Assembly: GCA_041662665.1 (NCBI GenBank)
Contig: JBAZSC010000001.1
Coordinates: 385,511 to 449,510, forward strand
From: Patescibacteria group bacterium
GTDB taxonomy: Bacteria > Patescibacteriota > JABMPQ01 > JAQVVF01
Reading direction: 5' to 3'
Length of the DNA: 64,000 nucleotides
This document shows positions 8,579 through 19,000 of this stretch, piece by piece. A model generated the notes under the pieces. It saw only the letters and a list, made by a program, of their open reading frames with translations. It was not told the DNA's origin and did no database searches. The number at the start of each line of letters is the position of its first letter. The first letter of the stretch is position 1. The translations under genes and the position numbers were made by a program.

Positions 8579-8941
8579 ATGTCAAAGTATTTAACAATCA
8601 ACAAAAATTTAAATTCTAAAAATCGTAACAAAACCGTTAAAAACAAATTATCAGCTGGTCCTGTTACTTTAACAATAGTTACAGTTGTCCTATTTTGTGC
8701 TTTAGGACTTTTGTTTCTTGCTCAAGTTTTTCAATCTCAGACCAAAAGCTATGAAGTTTTAGAACTAAAACAAAAAGCTGAAGAATTAAAACAAGATAAT
8801 AAAGATTTAGAAATTAAATCAGCTGAACTTCGATCAATGGATCACATCAAACAATCAGCAAAACAATTAAATCTAGTAGATACAAAAGATATCGTTTATA
8901 TAAATAAAATCGGCAATTCTGTCGTTGTTATGAATAGATAA
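8579..8941 (+). CDS. ftsL: Cell division protein FtsL-like (single TM plus coiled coil)
   Basis: 120 aa with TM LTIVTVVLFCALGLLFLAQVF followed by a coiled-coil segment; positioned between rsmH and ftsI. Confidence 0.55.
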   Translation: MSKYLTINKNLNSKNRNKTVKNKLSAGPVTLTIVTVVLFCALGLLFLAQVFQSQTKSYEVLELKQKAEELKQDNKDLEIKSAELRSMDHIKQSAKQLNLVDTKDIVYINKIGNSVVVMNR

Positions 8942-9005
8942 AATTAAAAATTAAATATTATCCAACAAAAAAACTCTACTAATATTGCATTTACAAAGGC
9001 CGAAT

Positions 9006-9044
9006 CTAGTGACTAACTAGATTTTATATCTAGTGACTAACTAA
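9006..9044 (+). promoter_or_regulatory. Two copies of the palindrome CTAGTGACTAACTAG/A at 24-bp spacing upstream of ftsI (operator-like)
   Basis: Copies at 9006-9020 and 9030-9044; each is internally palindromic (CTAGT...ACTAG). Confidence 0.3.
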
Positions 9045-9219
9045 ATATAAAGCTTCTATCCAAATTAATGGATAACCAATTTACATGTTTACGAGACAAG
9101 TAAATATGGTAATATAAATGACTAATGGCCATTCACAATAATAGTAGAGCAATTATCATCTTAACAAATTTTTAAGTCTCTATCAAAAGACTAATTTTAA
9201 GCACACTTTGTGGATAATT

Positions 9220-10947
9220 ATGAAAAAACAAAGAAACAATCCAATTTTTGATCGTCTAAATTTTTTATTTGTCATAATTATAATAGCTGTCATCGCTATT
9301 GTTTTTAAGTTATTTAATCTGCAAGTAGTCAAACATGGCTATTATGAAGCTTTAGCTTCTGGACAGCATAGTTTATTTGAAGAACTAGTACCTGAAAGAG
9401 GCGAGATTTATGTTGAAGACAAATTCTCTAAAAAACTTTATCCATTGGCTATTAACAAAAAAATGAATTTAGTATATGCTGTTCCAAAGGATATTGAAGA
9501 TAAAAATGCAACCAGTATTTTATTATCACCTCTACTTTCAATGTCTAGAAACGATATTTACGATTTAATTTCTGATGAGTCAAAACTATATGTTCCAATA
9601 AAGCATAAAGTTGAAAGCGACACAGTAGAACAAATTAAAAATCTAAATCTGACTGGCATCAGCCATCAAACAGAGGATTGGCGATATTATCCTGACAAAG
9701 TTTTAGGCTCGCATATTTTAGGTTTTGTTGGCTTTGTCAATGATCAAAAAAAAGGACAATATGGTGTTGAAGGTTTTTATGACAATACACTTTCAGGCAA
9801 AAATGGCTTTCTGCAAAGTGAAAAAAATACTTTAGGAGAAATGATTTCTGGCAACTCAAAAAATTTAGTTCAAGGAGCAGAAGATGGCAGTGACATTGTC
9901 TTAACAATTGATCGTTTAATTCAAGACAAAGTAGAAACAGTTGTGAAGGATGCAGTTGAAAAAAATGGCGCTGAAAGCGGTTCAGCAATTGTTTTAGATC
10001 CGCAAACAGGAGCAATAATTGCCATGGCAGGCTATCCAAATTTTGACCCGAATAGTTATTCTGAAGTTGAAAACGTTAATGATTTCAGCAATTCAAGTAT
10101 CTACGAACTTTATGAACCTGGATCTGCCTTCAAGCCATTAATTGTTTCTATGGCTCTTGATCAAAGTTTAATTACTCCAGAAACAAAATTTAATGATAAC
10201 GGTAAAATAGAGATTGGCGAATACACTATCCAAAATTTTGATAAAAAAGCTAACGGCGAATTAACTATTACTCAAATTCTAGAAAAATCAAATAATATTG
10301 GCATGGTGCAAATTGCAAGAACCTTGGGCAGAGACAAAATGTATGATTACCTAATTAATTATGGCTTTGATGAAAATACTGGCATCGATTTGGATACAGA
10401 AGCTGGTGCAAATGTTAAAAAACCAAATGAATGGTCTGAAATGGATTTTGCTACAATGAGTTTTGGACAAGGAATTGCAACAACTCCATTAAGGTTAATA
10501 AATGCAATCGCTTGTGTTGCAAATGGAGGAAGATTATTGAAACCATATATTGTCAAAAAAATTATTAGACCAGACGGATCAGAGGAGACAACAAAACCAA
10601 AAGCAGTCCGTCAAGTGATCAAACCTGAAACAGCAGAGACACTATCAGCAATGATGGTTTCAGTAATGGAAAATGGTTTTGGACAGCCAGCAAGAGTTGC
10701 AGGTTATAAGCTTGCCGGAAAAACAGGCACAGCTCAAGTTCCAAGCGCTGATGGAAAAGGTTATGATCCAAACAAAAAAATCACCACTTTTGTCGGTTTT
10801 GGTCCAATCGAATATCCTCGTTTTGCGATCTTAGTAAAATTAAATAATCCTGGTGGAGATGTGTGGGCGGAATCTGTTACTGGTCCAGCATTCAAATCAA
10901 TTGCGCAAGAATTATTAAAATATTATCAAATAGCACCGAGTAGCTAA
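9220..10947 (+). CDS. ftsI: Peptidoglycan D,D-transpeptidase FtsI / class B PBP
   Basis: N-terminal TM; active-site motifs SAFK (EPGSAFKP), SNN (KSNNIGM) and KTGT. Start taken at MKKQRNN (9220); the ORF-track start at 9208 is also possible. Confidence 0.85.
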   Translation: MKKQRNNPIFDRLNFLFVIIIIAVIAIVFKLFNLQVVKHGYYEALASGQHSLFEELVPERGEIYVEDKFSKKLYPLAINKKMNLVYAVPKDIEDKNATSILLSPLLSMSRNDIYDLISDESKLYVPIKHKVESDTVEQIKNLNLTGISHQTEDWRYYPDKVLGSHILGFVGFVNDQKKGQYGVEGFYDNTLSGKNGFLQSEKNTLGEMISGNSKNLVQGAEDGSDIVLTIDRLIQDKVETVVKDAVEKNGAESGSAIVLDPQTGAIIAMAGYPNFDPNSYSEVENVNDFSNSSIYELYEPGSAFKPLIVSMALDQSLITPETKFNDNGKIEIGEYTIQNFDKKANGELTITQILEKSNNIGMVQIARTLGRDKMYDYLINYGFDENTGIDLDTEAGANVKKPNEWSEMDFATMSFGQGIATTPLRLINAIACVANGGRLLKPYIVKKIIRPDGSEETTKPKAVRQVIKPETAETLSAMMVSVMENGFGQPARVAGYKLAGKTGTAQVPSADGKGYDPNKKITTFVGFGPIEYPRFAILVKLNNPGGDVWAESVTGPAFKSIAQELLKYYQIAPSS

Positions 10948-11060
10948 ATTCCAAATTACAAATCCCAAATTCCAAACAAAAAACAAATTACAAGCCACAA
11001 ATATATTCTTGTAATTTGGAATTTGAGATTTGTTTGGAATTTGGTGCTTGTAATTTAATT
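10948..11060. repeat. About 110-bp imperfect AT-rich palindromic intergenic element between ftsI and murF; member of a dispersed family
   Basis: Left arm ccaaattacaaatcccaaattccaaacaaa; right arm tttgtttggaatttgg...cttgtaattt. The 24-mer acaaatcccaaattccaaacaaaa (10958-10981) is identical to 39638-39661. Confidence 0.6.
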
Positions 11061-11065
11061 ATCTC

Positions 11066-12352
11066 ATGAAAAATTTACTTCAAAAAATTTTAAAAAGTAT
11101 TTCAAAATCTATTCTCAAAAAACATAATCCAATCATCATCGGTGTTACCGGCAGTGTCGGAAAAACTGGAACAGTTGAGGCTATTTATCATGTCTTAAAA
11201 AATAAATTTTCTGTCAGAAAAACAATTGGCAATTATAATAATGAAATTGGTTTGCCTTTAACAATTATCGGCGAAAAAACAGCTAATCGTTCAATTTTAT
11301 GTTGGTTAAATATTTTCAATAAAGGCATAAAACAAATTTACTCAAAAGATTATCCAAAAATTTTGGTTCTTGAAATGGGAGTAGATAAACCAAATGACAT
11401 GGATTATCTGTTAAATTTAGCAACTCCAAATATTTCTGTAATAACTGCAATTGGCAAAAAACCAGTTCATGTTGAATTTTTCAAAAGTCCAAAAGAATTA
11501 GTTTCAGAAAAAACAAAAATAATTACTAATTTGAAATCAACAGAAACAGCAATTTTAAATTATGATGACATTGCAGTTCGCTTATCAGCCAAGCAAACAA
11601 AAGCAAAAACAATCACTTTCGGTTTTACAAAAGGATCAGAATTGCAAGCAGATAATTTAACACTTAATGCCGATTTTTCGCAAGGACAAAGTTTGCAAGG
11701 CTATAGTTTCAAAATGCGCTATCAAGGCAAAGAAGTTCCAGTCAGATTAAAAAATATTTTTAGCAAAACTCAAATTTACGCAGTACTAGCAGCAGCTGCA
11801 TGTGCAATTTCAATGAAATTTAATTTAATTGAAATTTCAGAAGCGCTATACGATTATCAATCTCCAAAAGGAAGAATGAATTTAATTCCTGGAATTAAAG
11901 GAACATATTTAATTGATGACTCATATAATGCCTCGCCAGAAGCAACATTATCAGCTCTAAATGTTTTAAAAGAAATAAAAACATCTGGCCGAAAAATTGC
12001 CTGTTTAGCTGACATGTTAGAATTAGGAACTATGACAATAGAAGCCCACAAAGATGTCGGTAAATCAGCATCTCAATCAGCAGATTTTATCGTTGCAGTT
12101 GGCAAGGCTTCAGAATATATTGCATCAGAAGCAATTAAATTTGGTTTTCCAAAAGACAAAGTTTTTACATTTCAAAATTCAGAAGAAGCCGGACTTTTCG
12201 TCCAAAATAAAATTTTAAAACCTGGCGATATTGTTCTCATCAAAGGCTCACAAAGCATGAGAATGGAAAAAATAACCAAAGAATTAATGGCAGAGCCAGA
12301 AAAAGCGCCAGAATTGTTAGTTAGACAAAGTACTGAATGGTTGAAAAAATAA
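11066..12352 (+). CDS. murF: UDP-N-acetylmuramoyl-tripeptide--D-alanyl-D-alanine ligase
   Basis: P-loop GVTGSVGKTGT, Mur-ligase central and C-terminal domains, dcw-cluster context. Confidence 0.8.
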   Translation: MKNLLQKILKSISKSILKKHNPIIIGVTGSVGKTGTVEAIYHVLKNKFSVRKTIGNYNNEIGLPLTIIGEKTANRSILCWLNIFNKGIKQIYSKDYPKILVLEMGVDKPNDMDYLLNLATPNISVITAIGKKPVHVEFFKSPKELVSEKTKIITNLKSTETAILNYDDIAVRLSAKQTKAKTITFGFTKGSELQADNLTLNADFSQGQSLQGYSFKMRYQGKEVPVRLKNIFSKTQIYAVLAAAACAISMKFNLIEISEALYDYQSPKGRMNLIPGIKGTYLIDDSYNASPEATLSALNVLKEIKTSGRKIACLADMLELGTMTIEAHKDVGKSASQSADFIVAVGKASEYIASEAIKFGFPKDKVFTFQNSEEAGLFVQNKILKPGDIVLIKGSQSMRMEKITKELMAEPEKAPELLVRQSTEWLKK

Positions 12353-12358
12353 GTACAG

Positions 12359-12390
12359 TAGGGAACAAAAATTTTTGTTCCCTATTTTTA
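12359..12390 (+). terminator. Intrinsic terminator after murF
   Basis: TAGGGAACAAAAA-TTTTTGTTCCCTA followed by TTTTT. Confidence 0.7.
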
Positions 12391-12494
12391 AGAATTATGC
12401 ACAATAAAGTATAGTTTGTTTTTAAAACAAAAAAGTTGTATACTTAAATAAACAACGAACTAATGGCGAGTTATAAAATAATTTGCAATAAGTT

Positions 12495-15400
12495 TTGATT
12501 TATAAAAACAAAATGGATAATTTTAATATAATCAAAAAAGTACGAGGGGGGGGGCTTAATGGAAAAGTAAAAATTTTTGGTATTTCAAAATACAAGATTC
12601 TTTTGAGTCTTTTTTTTATAGCAATTTTTTCTGTATTGTTTCTTTCATTATCAGTTGCGCAAGCGGCATATAGAGACGTGATTGAAGCTGATTCTCCTAT
12701 TTATTATTGGCCGATGGATGAAGCGGCTGGAGCAACAAGTTTGTCCGCAGTAGTTGGTGGCACGGCAATTAATCTTACTGGCGCGACTGCTGGAGAAAAT
12801 GGACAAGTAGATGGAACAGCAGTTTCTTTTAATGGTACATCTAATTTTGGACAAACTGCATCAAGTATTAACCTAACTTCTTATAGTAAGGTTTTAGTTG
12901 AGACATTAGTTTATTTTGATAATTATGATGCATCAGGAGGATTAATGGTATGGGAACTTGGTTCAAGCATAGCAACACAAACAACAGGTTTTTATTTTTC
13001 ATCTAAGAATGGAAATTCACCTAATGATAAGTTTGCACCTGCCGTCAAAGGTAATGTAGGTTACAATTATGCACAGTATGCACAGGCATCACTACAAACA
13101 TGGCATCATATAGTTGCTGTGTTTGATAAAAGTGTTGCTACGGATGAAGTGAATTTATATGTGGACGGGATATTACAAACAGCTGAGTCAAGACCATTAA
13201 ATCTTGATAATACAAATAATTTTGGAAATTCAGTTTTATATTTAATGAGTCGCGCAGGAACATCATTATTTAATGGTGGTAAAATGCAGCATCTAGCAAT
13301 TTATACTAATTTAAGTGATACAAAAATTTTTGATCATGCTCAAGCTTCTGGAGTTTTACATTTTTCAGGTGGTACTGTGTCGGAATCTTCTCATACTGCA
13401 AACTCGGCAACATTGTTATGGACACATTCATTGTATGGTACAGATCCTATAACGGAACAATTGCAACGAAGTTTGCATGGATTAGATACTTGGTCAGATG
13501 TTAGTGGAGCTACTTTAAGTCCGGCGACTGATTCCGGATTAAGTTCTGATACAAGTTATGATTATAGAGTTGTATATACAGATGCAACATCGGCAACTGT
13601 TTATTCCAATATTGTTACTGTTACGACTAATAAAATTTATCCACCGTATATAGCTAATTCAGATAAAGTAATTGTTGGTCCTTATGATACAGCGCAATCC
13701 GGTTCACCTGCAAATTTTGGAGTTACTGGAGGACATACAAACATGGAGCTTTTGATGAAAGCGCATAAATATAGAATGCGTCAGGATGGTATTGTTAACA
13801 GAGTTCGTCTATATACTGTAAATAAGACAAATCTTACTGGATTTTATATAAGGATTTGGCGAAAAAATGGATCAACATATGATTTAGTTGGTACTAGTAA
13901 TAATATTGTGGATAGTTTAGTTGCCGGAGATTTTGCTACTGTTGATCTTTCTTCTCCCATCATCGGAGTTTTGGAGGGTGATTATATTGGCATGCGAATT
14001 GAATCAAATGGTATCCAAAATTTTTATGCTTATAGTCCTGGAAGTGCAGCCACTTATTACATGTTTGATACTGCTATTTCATCAACTAGCATGGATTGGG
14101 AAAGTAAGACTACTGCTAGCGGGGTAATGCCAGTAGAAATTTATATGCAGGCACCGCAAGTGGCATTTATTGGTGATTCAATTATATCTGGGCATTATAC
14201 AAATTATAGTTTTCTTCATACTACTGAGACAACAAATATTCCTTCAACGCTAGAACGACAATTTAGTAATTTGACGGGCTATACTTATCAAAATATGGGT
14301 ATTGGTGCTCAAACTTCTACACAAATAGCTGCTCGCTTTACTCAAGATATGATAAATTTACATCCGCGAGTCGCTGTTATTGAAGCTGGAGTAAATGATT
14401 TTGGTTCTTATGATCCTGCTACATCTAAGGCAACACTTTTGGCAAATTGGACAAGTATGCTTGATGCCGCACAAGCGAGTGATAGTATTACAACGATTTT
14501 AGTTGTGAAGATTCTTCCTTGGTCAAATGGCACAAATTCTCAAATGCAGATTAGGGATGATTGGAATTCTGCGATTGCAACTTTGGCTGCTGGTTATTCA
14601 AAGGCTATTGTTGTAGATACAAGTAGTTATGTAGGTCAATTTAGGCCTGGAGGAGATGTCGGAAATTTATGGGATATACAAGCCGCTTATGATCAAGATG
14701 GTGTTCATTTTACTCAAGCAGGAAATGGTCAGATTGCGCAAGCATTAGCGGGTGTATTAGATAGTACTGCTCCAGCTACAACTGCAACTCCTACTGGCGG
14801 AATTTACAATATTTCAAAAACTGTAACTTTATCTTGTGATGATGTTAGTGGTCAAGGATGTAATAAAACATATTATACAACTGACGGAACGGATCCAACG
14901 ACTAATTCATCTGAATATGTTTCTCCTTTAGACATTTTTTCTAACACAATTCTAAAGTTTTTTTCTGTCGATGTTGTTGATAACCAAGAATCAATTAAAA
15001 CAGAAAACTATGTTATAGATACTATTGCTCCAGTTACAATTGCTTCTCCTGCTAGTGGAACTTATACATCGACTCAAACTGTTACTTTAACAGCAGTTGA
15101 TAGTAATACAGGAGTTAGCAAAACATATTACACAACCGATAGCACAGAACCAACCACATCATCTTTAGTCTATTTATCACCAATTGAAATTAATCAGACA
15201 ACAACTCTCAAATTCTTTTCAGTCGATAATGCTGGAAATATTGAAAACATTAAAACAGAAAATTACATAATTATTACATCAATTCCTTTTATCGAAAGAA
15301 TCAATCTTGAAGATGCAGTCTTAAATCAAACCTATCAAAGTCAACAAAATAATGCTGATCTTCTTTTCTATCTTCTTCCTAAACAAAAATCAATCAAAGA

Positions 15401-15896
15401 TCTATATATTAAATTAATCAGAAACAAGAAGAAGCATCTTAACGGTTTTACAAAAAAGAACAGTTATCCAGGATACTTAAAGCTATTATCAAATATCGGC
15501 ACAGTCAAAAAAGCTTATCAAAAAAATGTTAACAAGCATATTAATTTTAGAATTTCAGTCAGATATTCAAAAACAAAATTAAACAAGACGAATATCAAAG
15601 AAAAAAATCTAAGATTATTCATTAAAGACAGAGACAATATCTGGCGAGGACCATATCGAATATACCAAAACAAAATAACGCATACACTAAAATTTAAAAT
15701 CAGAAATTATTTAGTTAAGCCTCCAAAGAATCCAATTCCAAATCCGTTAGACATTAAAACAAAGAACCGACCATTTGCTCCATCATTTTACTTCAGAACA
15801 TTAAAAAAGATTAAGTTTGTCATTGCAGAAAAGAATGCCTTATCTAATTTAACTAATTTAGAAACATCGGATAGCCAAGATTTCTTCTTTGAGTAG
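12495..15896 (+). CDS. Large secreted multidomain surface protein (1133 aa): signal peptide, LamG/ConA-like lectin domain, FN3-like domain, SGNH/GDSL hydrolase domain, two chitobiase/beta-hexosaminidase-C-like (CHB_HEX_C-type) modules, Lys-rich C-terminal domain
   Basis: LamG-like region WHHIVAVFDK...LYVDGIL. SGNH blocks FIGDSIISG, GVND and DGVHFT. Repeated TDGTDPTT...TLKFFSVD modules. The C-terminal basic domain is shared with 42796..44889 and 59596..61455. A G9 tract lies at 12546-12554 within the 5' end. Confidence 0.6.
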   Translation: MIYKNKMDNFNIIKKVRGGGLNGKVKIFGISKYKILLSLFFIAIFSVLFLSLSVAQAAYRDVIEADSPIYYWPMDEAAGATSLSAVVGGTAINLTGATAGENGQVDGTAVSFNGTSNFGQTASSINLTSYSKVLVETLVYFDNYDASGGLMVWELGSSIATQTTGFYFSSKNGNSPNDKFAPAVKGNVGYNYAQYAQASLQTWHHIVAVFDKSVATDEVNLYVDGILQTAESRPLNLDNTNNFGNSVLYLMSRAGTSLFNGGKMQHLAIYTNLSDTKIFDHAQASGVLHFSGGTVSESSHTANSATLLWTHSLYGTDPITEQLQRSLHGLDTWSDVSGATLSPATDSGLSSDTSYDYRVVYTDATSATVYSNIVTVTTNKIYPPYIANSDKVIVGPYDTAQSGSPANFGVTGGHTNMELLMKAHKYRMRQDGIVNRVRLYTVNKTNLTGFYIRIWRKNGSTYDLVGTSNNIVDSLVAGDFATVDLSSPIIGVLEGDYIGMRIESNGIQNFYAYSPGSAATYYMFDTAISSTSMDWESKTTASGVMPVEIYMQAPQVAFIGDSIISGHYTNYSFLHTTETTNIPSTLERQFSNLTGYTYQNMGIGAQTSTQIAARFTQDMINLHPRVAVIEAGVNDFGSYDPATSKATLLANWTSMLDAAQASDSITTILVVKILPWSNGTNSQMQIRDDWNSAIATLAAGYSKAIVVDTSSYVGQFRPGGDVGNLWDIQAAYDQDGVHFTQAGNGQIAQALAGVLDSTAPATTATPTGGIYNISKTVTLSCDDVSGQGCNKTYYTTDGTDPTTNSSEYVSPLDIFSNTILKFFSVDVVDNQESIKTENYVIDTIAPVTIASPASGTYTSTQTVTLTAVDSNTGVSKTYYTTDSTEPTTSSLVYLSPIEINQTTTLKFFSVDNAGNIENIKTENYIIITSIPFIERINLEDAVLNQTYQSQQNNADLLFYLLPKQKSIKDLYIKLIRNKKKHLNGFTKKNSYPGYLKLLSNIGTVKKAYQKNVNKHINFRISVRYSKTKLNKTNIKEKNLRLFIKDRDNIWRGPYRIYQNKITHTLKFKIRNYLVKPPKNPIPNPLDIKTKNRPFAPSFYFRTLKKIKFVIAEKNALSNLTNLETSDSQDFFFE
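12546..12554 (+). repeat. Poly-G (G9) homopolymeric tract inside the 5' coding region, upstream of the signal peptide
   Basis: gagggggggggc; the only long G/C homopolymer seen in this AT-rich window. Confidence 0.85.
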
Positions 15897-15914
15897 AGAA
15901 ATATATTAACAAAG

Positions 15915-15940
15915 CCTCGGATTTTCCCGAGGTTTTTTGT
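15915..15940 (+). terminator. Intrinsic terminator
   Basis: CCTCGG-attttc-CCGAGG followed by TTTTTT. Confidence 0.75.
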
Positions 15941-16082
15941 TAAATACGCAAACAATTCAACAATTTAACAATTGAACAATGTTAAGTTCTAAAAACATAA
16001 TATTTATGTAAAAGATATTAACAATGTCAGTTGTGTAAAAAGCACAAATATTATATAATAAAACAAACAACAAAATTAAAAC

Positions 16083-19000
16083 ATGAAAAATTTGATTAAG
16101 AATTGGATAGTCATCCCAACAATTTTTGTTATAATTGCCGTTCTTATTTTTGGCAATAATTTTTATAATGCTCAAAAAACAGATGCCGAAGTTTTGACTT
16201 GGACTCAAGTTGCAAATAACGTTGGTTCAACTGCAACTGCTTCAATTCTAAGTTCTAACGGAAAAATATATGCCGGCACTTATGATGGCTCTGGAACTAT
16301 TGGCACAAGATTATTTTCAAGCTCTAACGGAACAGATTGGACTCAAGTTAACAGTGACGGTTTCGGTGTTGTGGCAAACAGGAGTACGTATTCATTAATC
16401 GAATTTGATGGTGCAATTTTTGCTGGTGTCAGCAATGCTGCTGGAGGACTTATCTATCGTTGCGATTTAACTACTGATTGTGATCAAGCTGTTAATTGGG
16501 CTGCTGCAACTGATCCAGGACTTTCAAATGTCAACAATATTGAAATTAGTTCTTTAGTTGAATATGATGGTTATATTTTTGCTGGAACTCGAAATCTTGT
16601 TACTGGTGCCGAAGTTTGGAGTTGTCAATCAATTGTTTCAGACTGTAATATCCAAGCTAATTGGTCAAGAGTTGATGGAGCTAGCGGTTTTGGTGATGCT
16701 AATAATGTATCCGCAGCAAGTATGGCAACATTCAACAATGCTTTGTACGTTGGAACAGGACGCGTTCCTGGCAGTCCGACAAGTGAGGTGTGGTATTGTA
16801 CTAGTTGTAAAGGCGTCGACTGGAATGTTTCGAATAATAATGGTTTTGGAGATAATAATCAAACAGTTCAATCTTTAGTAGTTTATGATAATCAGCTTTA
16901 TGCTGGCACAGAAAAATCTGGTGGAATACAGAGTGCAGAACTTTGGAGAACTTCAGATGGTACTAATCCTGCAAATTGGGCGCAAGTTGGCGCTGACGGT
17001 TTTGGTGCAACTGCTGTAAGTAGAACATTTCAATCGATGCTAGTTAATCGTGATGCACTCTATGTAGGAACTGGACGTGACGATGCCGGCACTAGAATTT
17101 GGATGTCAATTGATGGGGCAACTTTTGAACAGATTAATGAATCAGGTTTTGGCAATGCAAACATTAATTCTACATACGGACTAATTGCTTTAAATAATTA
17201 TCTTTATTCTGCTAATGGCAATATTGCTGGAGGGAGTGTTGTTGGTTCAGTTTACCGAACTTCATTAAATCCAGCTATTACCGCAGGTAGTGTAACTGCC
17301 TCTCAAGTAACTGATGGCACAGGTAGAGTAAATATTTCTTTTACACTTAGCGATCCTGATTATAATAATTCACGCGCCAAAGTTGAATATTCTTTAGACA
17401 ATGGCGCTACCTGGCCTGGAAAAGCAACTCTTTCAACGACTGACGCTGATACAACTGCAACATTTGGCGATCCAAAAATTGATAATAGTACAGCTTATCA
17501 AGTTGGTACTGCTGCAGGATATATTACAACATCTTCAGGAGCTAATACTGTTAATGTTGTTTGGAATTCAAAGCTTGATGCGCCTGGAGCCAATACAAAT
17601 AATGCAATGATTCGTGTCACTCCAAATGACCTGCTTTATGATGGAACAGCTGTCTCTTCTGCAAGTTTTAGCCTTGACAATGTCGCACCTGTGATAAGCA
17701 ATGTGACGGTTAGTCCAACTTGTGGCAAAAGAAATACTGATCTTAGTATTACAGTCAGTATTGATGGAACTCAATCTGAAAATCCATCTGTCACTGTTGA
17801 CGGAAATTCCGCTACAACAAACAATGCTCAAGCTGGTGCAGAATCAATTCGATATTCTTATCGTGTTTTAGGAACTGAAACTCAAGGCTCAGATCCAGTC
17901 GTTGCAAATGCAAGAGACTCTGCTGGCAATACCAGCACAAAATCAACAACAGTGACATTAGATTTTAATGCGCCAGTAATTACTGCAAATCCTGATGGTG
18001 GCGCATTCAATAGTCTAATAAATGTAACTCTTACTGCAAATGAACAAGTAGGAAAAATTAGATATACAACAAATGGTGATGATCCAACTGTAAATGGAAC
18101 AACTTACCGAGGCGCTATTCCAATCGATAGTAATACAACTTTAAAATTTTATGCCTTTGATACTTGCGGAAATACCTCTGATGTCAAAACAGAAATTTAT
18201 GTTTTTGATTTTGTAGCTCCACACACATCAGCCAACCCTCCTGGTGGAATATATGAAAATCCTCAAGCAGTAGAATTGACTTCAGACAAGCCAGCCACAA
18301 TTTATTTTACAACTGATGGCACTGAGCCGACAGAAAACTCAAATGTTTATAATGGTCGAATACTTATTAGCGAGAATACTACTTTGAAATTTTTTGGCAT
18401 TGATGAAGCAGGAAATAGAGAGGCAACTGTTAATACAGAAGTTTACGTTATCTCATCAACAAGCCCATTTATTTCTCTTACCAAAACTTACAGCATCTCA
18501 GCAATTTCAGCCGGCACATCAGGCAGCGGAAGCTCAATGCTAAAAAAAGCAACATCAGTTGTCAGTAATTTTAATGTCAAATCAAAATTTAGTTTAATCC
18601 TCTTTATCGTAATCGCATTTTGGCTTATTGTTTCATCAATTTATTTCATCTTTACTTTCTTTAAGAATAGAGCCAGAATATCAAAAACTTTCAGCTATCT
18701 ATTTAAAAAACAAAAAGTATTTTGTGGAACTGTCACAATAATTATTGCCTTTTGTTTAATTATTGAATTATTTATAGGTTACGGCACAAGAGCAGCTTCT
18801 GTTTCTCGAGGAGATTTTATAAATTATCGCATTGATTATATTAATCAAGGTGCAAAGTCGACAGCTGATTTAAGAATCGTCGATTCAATTTCATCTTCTA
18901 CTACATATATTACAGGTTCAATTAATGTTAATGGTGTCGGACGTTCTGATTCTAGAGATAATGATAATGCTGATTATAACGAAACAAATCCTGGTGCAGT

